Shown here: positions 60,960-64,000 of the stretch, piece by piece
Layout of the letters: every line of letters starts with the position of its first letter
How positions within the stretch are numbered: the first letter of the stretch is position 1
Assembly: GCF_001447785.1 (NCBI RefSeq)
Contig: NW_015162476.1
Span: 1,533,562 to 1,597,561, forward strand
Source of the DNA: Gekko japonicus
Lineage: Eukaryota
Direction of reading: 5' to 3'
Length of the DNA: 64,000 nucleotides
Notes under the pieces: generated by a model
Seen by the model: only the letters and a program-made list of their open reading frames with translations
Told to the model about the DNA's origin: nothing
The model's database searches: none
Program-made: the position numbers and the translations under genes

Positions 60960-63430
60960 TTACTGGAGCGTAGTTTGCAGATCAGTGACTTTTTTGCTGA
61001 ACAGATTAATCAACATCAAACCTATTGACACCTTTCTGCAGAGACATAATAAGAAGCCTGTCTTCTCTTTAAGCACGTCAGCAAGATTATCTTTCTCCGG
61101 TGGGTCCTTGGCCTCCCCCTGGAGGGGCAACAGATGCATTTTGCAGTGGTTTGGACTTGGACTCTTGAACAAATCAGTGATTTGCACTCTAAAAGAAGGG
61201 TATCTCCTGGATTTTGCCTTGCTGCCATTGGGAGGATTCAGTCCCTTTCTTTTAATTGGCAACCCAGAAAAGCCCAGTCACATAGTCCATGTCACAAACA
61301 CCTTCTAGATACCTGAGCAATCAAGCTGGTTCCAACAGAGAAACCCTGTATAAGGGTTTTGTTTTCTCCAGTGTCCCCCACTCTCAAAAAGGCAGGCTTG
61401 CTATTGACTCCCAGGATCTTCACTAAAATTCTGTTAGCACTATCTACCAGATTATCTGAGGTAATGAGATTTGTACCTATGTCCATACCTGGGCATAGTC
61501 CTCACCTGGTCTCCCTTCCCAAACCATTGGCAGGTGTTTCCACATACTATAATCCAGCAGGGGTTCTGCAGGCCCAAAACAAGCTTTAACAGAAGTTTGA
61601 TCCTCTCCTTCCAGATGATCCTCCATCTGAGTATGCATGAATACACAGACATGCATCAGAAGTGAGGGTAGAAGCCCCAGTTACTCTGGCAAAGAAGATG
61701 AAGTCAGCTAAGTCTCTAAGACTCCAATCCCTTTGCAGTTTCTTCAGTGTGATTGTGTGGAGCATAGGAGTCTTCCCCTAGGCTCAGCTGCATTCTAGGA
61801 CTCCTTAGTAATTCTGATCCCCTTTCAGACCCAGATTTCTGTCAACCTGTCCTGAGATGTCATGATCCCTAGCCTTGACAGACCTCTGGAGCCAGTGAAG
61901 GAGGTCTTGACCACTGATGCAAGCTAGAGAGGCTGGGAAATCAGTTGCAAGGATATGTTCTGCCAGGGGACCTGGTCCAGATTGTTTTCAGTGTAAACCT
62001 TCTGTAGCATAGAGCAGTGCAGCTTGTACTCTGATCTTTCCTGCCTAGGCTGAGGGACCATCATGTTCTAGTAAGACTTGACATCAGTATGAAGGCCTGT
62101 TGAGCTGCCAAGATTTTTTCTGATTCACTGGGTAGAGAGACAGCTTTGTTTGGTCTCAGCATCTCAAGAGTAATCTGAATGCTTGAACTGTTACAAGGTA
62201 GATGAGACTGTCTGGGCACTGAACCAGGAAGTCTTCCTTTGGATATCAAGATGGTTCATGACTCCCAAAGTCGACCTCCTTGCCCCATCAGATGTAGAAT
62301 GAGCTGAGCTTTGAGCACAGTGGTATTCAGGGAGTATGCCACCCATCTCCAGGACTGTAGGAACAGATACAGTGTAGAGATCATTCTTATAGCCCCCAGG
62401 CACAGATGGGGGGGGGGAGAGATGACCTGAAAATAGGCTTCACTCCACCTCTCAAATCCTGTGGTCCAGCTGGGCATGTCCCTCACCATGGCAAGGTTAG
62501 GGCCAACCAGATGCTGGGGATGGTGAGTCTGAGCAAGGGCCTCCTTTTCTGCACTCCAGCTCACAGCTGTGGGGACTTGTGCCCACCTCTCTCTTTGGGC
62601 TGGGGTGGCCCCAGCACAGGAGAGCAGGATATCAGCCCATTTTCCTTGTTGGCTTAATGGCCAGTTCACGTTGTGTAGCCCCAAGTGCCTCTAGATACCC
62701 CAGGTCTCTGGCCTGATGGAACTGTTGATCGATTCTTGGAGACTTACACCAGACGTGGATGTCTGGGTCTAGGGTCTTCTGATACAACCTCATTCACAGA
62801 CATATCCATTGGCTGCTGGCCAAAGATATGCATTTGTTTCTTCAGGAAGGTTTGACTTCAGGGCTGAGAACATCCTGAGAAGGCAGATTCCAGCTGTATT
62901 GAACAATCTGGGAGCTCTCTCTCTTTTTGACTTCTTATCCTTTGGAAATTGGGTATTGCCTTTTCCCCTGTCCTGGTGGTTGATACAGGTTATAGGCTCC
63001 ACCTACTGCTCTTCCAATCAGACTGTTCCTGAGGCTATTATGATCCATTCAGTAATGGTGGGTGGTGATTTCAGTGGTATTATAGGAGAATGCCCCTCTA
63101 GAAGAGATCTTAGAAGAGATCTTATTCTGTGTTATCATTTTTCACTGCATAATGTACCTTGTTGGCTCTGCAGATACTCTGCAGAAGCAATTTTGGCATG
63201 AAGCCTACTTCAGAGGGTCATGAAACAATAATTGCTTGGCAGGTGCCAGGGTATTTGAGCGTTTGGAAGGAGTCCTTTTTCTCTCACCCTCAGCTGTACT
63301 GCTTTCGAATATCCCAAACTCGAATGAATTCTTGCCTGTGAAGAGAGAACTTCTTACCAGGTGAATTTCTGTTTGTCTTAAGGAGGTCATTGACTGACTT
63401 TGACAATGGCTCAGGTGTTGAGACCATCCT
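60960..63430 (+). mobile_element. Degraded DIRS1-type tyrosine-recombinase retrotransposon
   Basis: TLKEGYLLDF (pre-RT), TPRIFTKIL (APRVFTK), PYLGIVL (PYLDDWL), LTTDAS*RGW (RNase H, 61907-61936), and LRRQIPAV / IRLFLR (YR N-terminus-like). Confidence 0.8.
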
Positions 63431-64000
63431 GGGTTTTTTGGTGCGGATTTTGTCTGCACTGTGTGCAGTTTTCAGCAAACTTGTCACAGCTGACTTATGA
63501 CAACTCCATAGGGTTTTCAAATTAAGAGACGTTCAGAGGTGGTTTGCCATTGCCTGTCTCTGTGTAGTGACCCTGGTATTCCTTGATGGTTTCCCTTCCA
63601 GGTACTGGCTAGGGCTGACCCTGCTTAGCTTCTGAGATCTGATGTGATTGGGCTAGCTTGGGCTTTCTGCTGGTCAGTTAACTAGAATAGACTCTTATCC
63701 ACAAGAACCAAAGCTCACTAGGTAAGAACTTCCTTTCTTGAACACCATACATACTAAATATATGTAGAAGCACTATGGGTGTCGGTTTTGTTTAGGTAAA
63801 AACAGGAATTGAGCATTAATGAAACAGCATCTATAAAAGGAATTTACGTTTAATCCAAGCTGAGTTTTGATACCTGTGCTAGCAGGAGGCATGGTTTTTC
63901 TGACCCAGTGAAATTTCTCAGTAAAATAGATCTGGTTAATCCTCAGTAAAATAGGTCTTGCAAGTTAGTCCTCAGTAAAATAGATCTGGTTGACAAGTAA

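Larger units (their letters stand above)
48525..64000 (+). other. PPP3CA intron 1 (partial)
   Basis: Starts at the GT donor. No sequence encoding the expected exon 2 start (VPFPPSHRL) was seen. The orthologous intron is very long in mammals. Confidence 0.8.

Overview
This is vertebrate nuclear DNA, almost certainly from a squamate reptile and probably a gecko, inferred from Sauria/Squam1 SINEs, Squam3-type SINEs, CR1, L2, Penelope-like ends and DIRS. Only one host gene is recognisable: PPP3CA (calcineurin A alpha). Its CpG-island promoter lies at ~46.8-49.5 kb, its 58-nt coding exon 1 at 48467-48524 (+), and intron 1 runs to the end of the window. The rest is a dense, partly nested mosaic of transposon relics: an L1 5' end with ORF1, L2 and CR1 fragments, a hAT transposase pseudogene, a DIRS relic, solo LTRs, hAT and Harbinger MITEs, and tRNA- and 5S-headed SINEs. 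Nearly all ORF-track entries are spurious or TE-derived. The most interesting signals are: (1) a CpG-rich ~590-bp chimeric SINE at 19082-19670 whose central domain keeps the same multi-hairpin/pseudoknot fold as the Sauria SINE copies in this window through compensatory base changes; (2) head-to-head Penelope-like ends carrying minimal hammerhead-ribozyme cores; (3) a heavily decayed NACHT/NLR-like relic at ~15 kb; (4) possible regulatory features of the PPP3CA 5' leader. All family names come from recalled motifs, not database searches. There are four N gaps.
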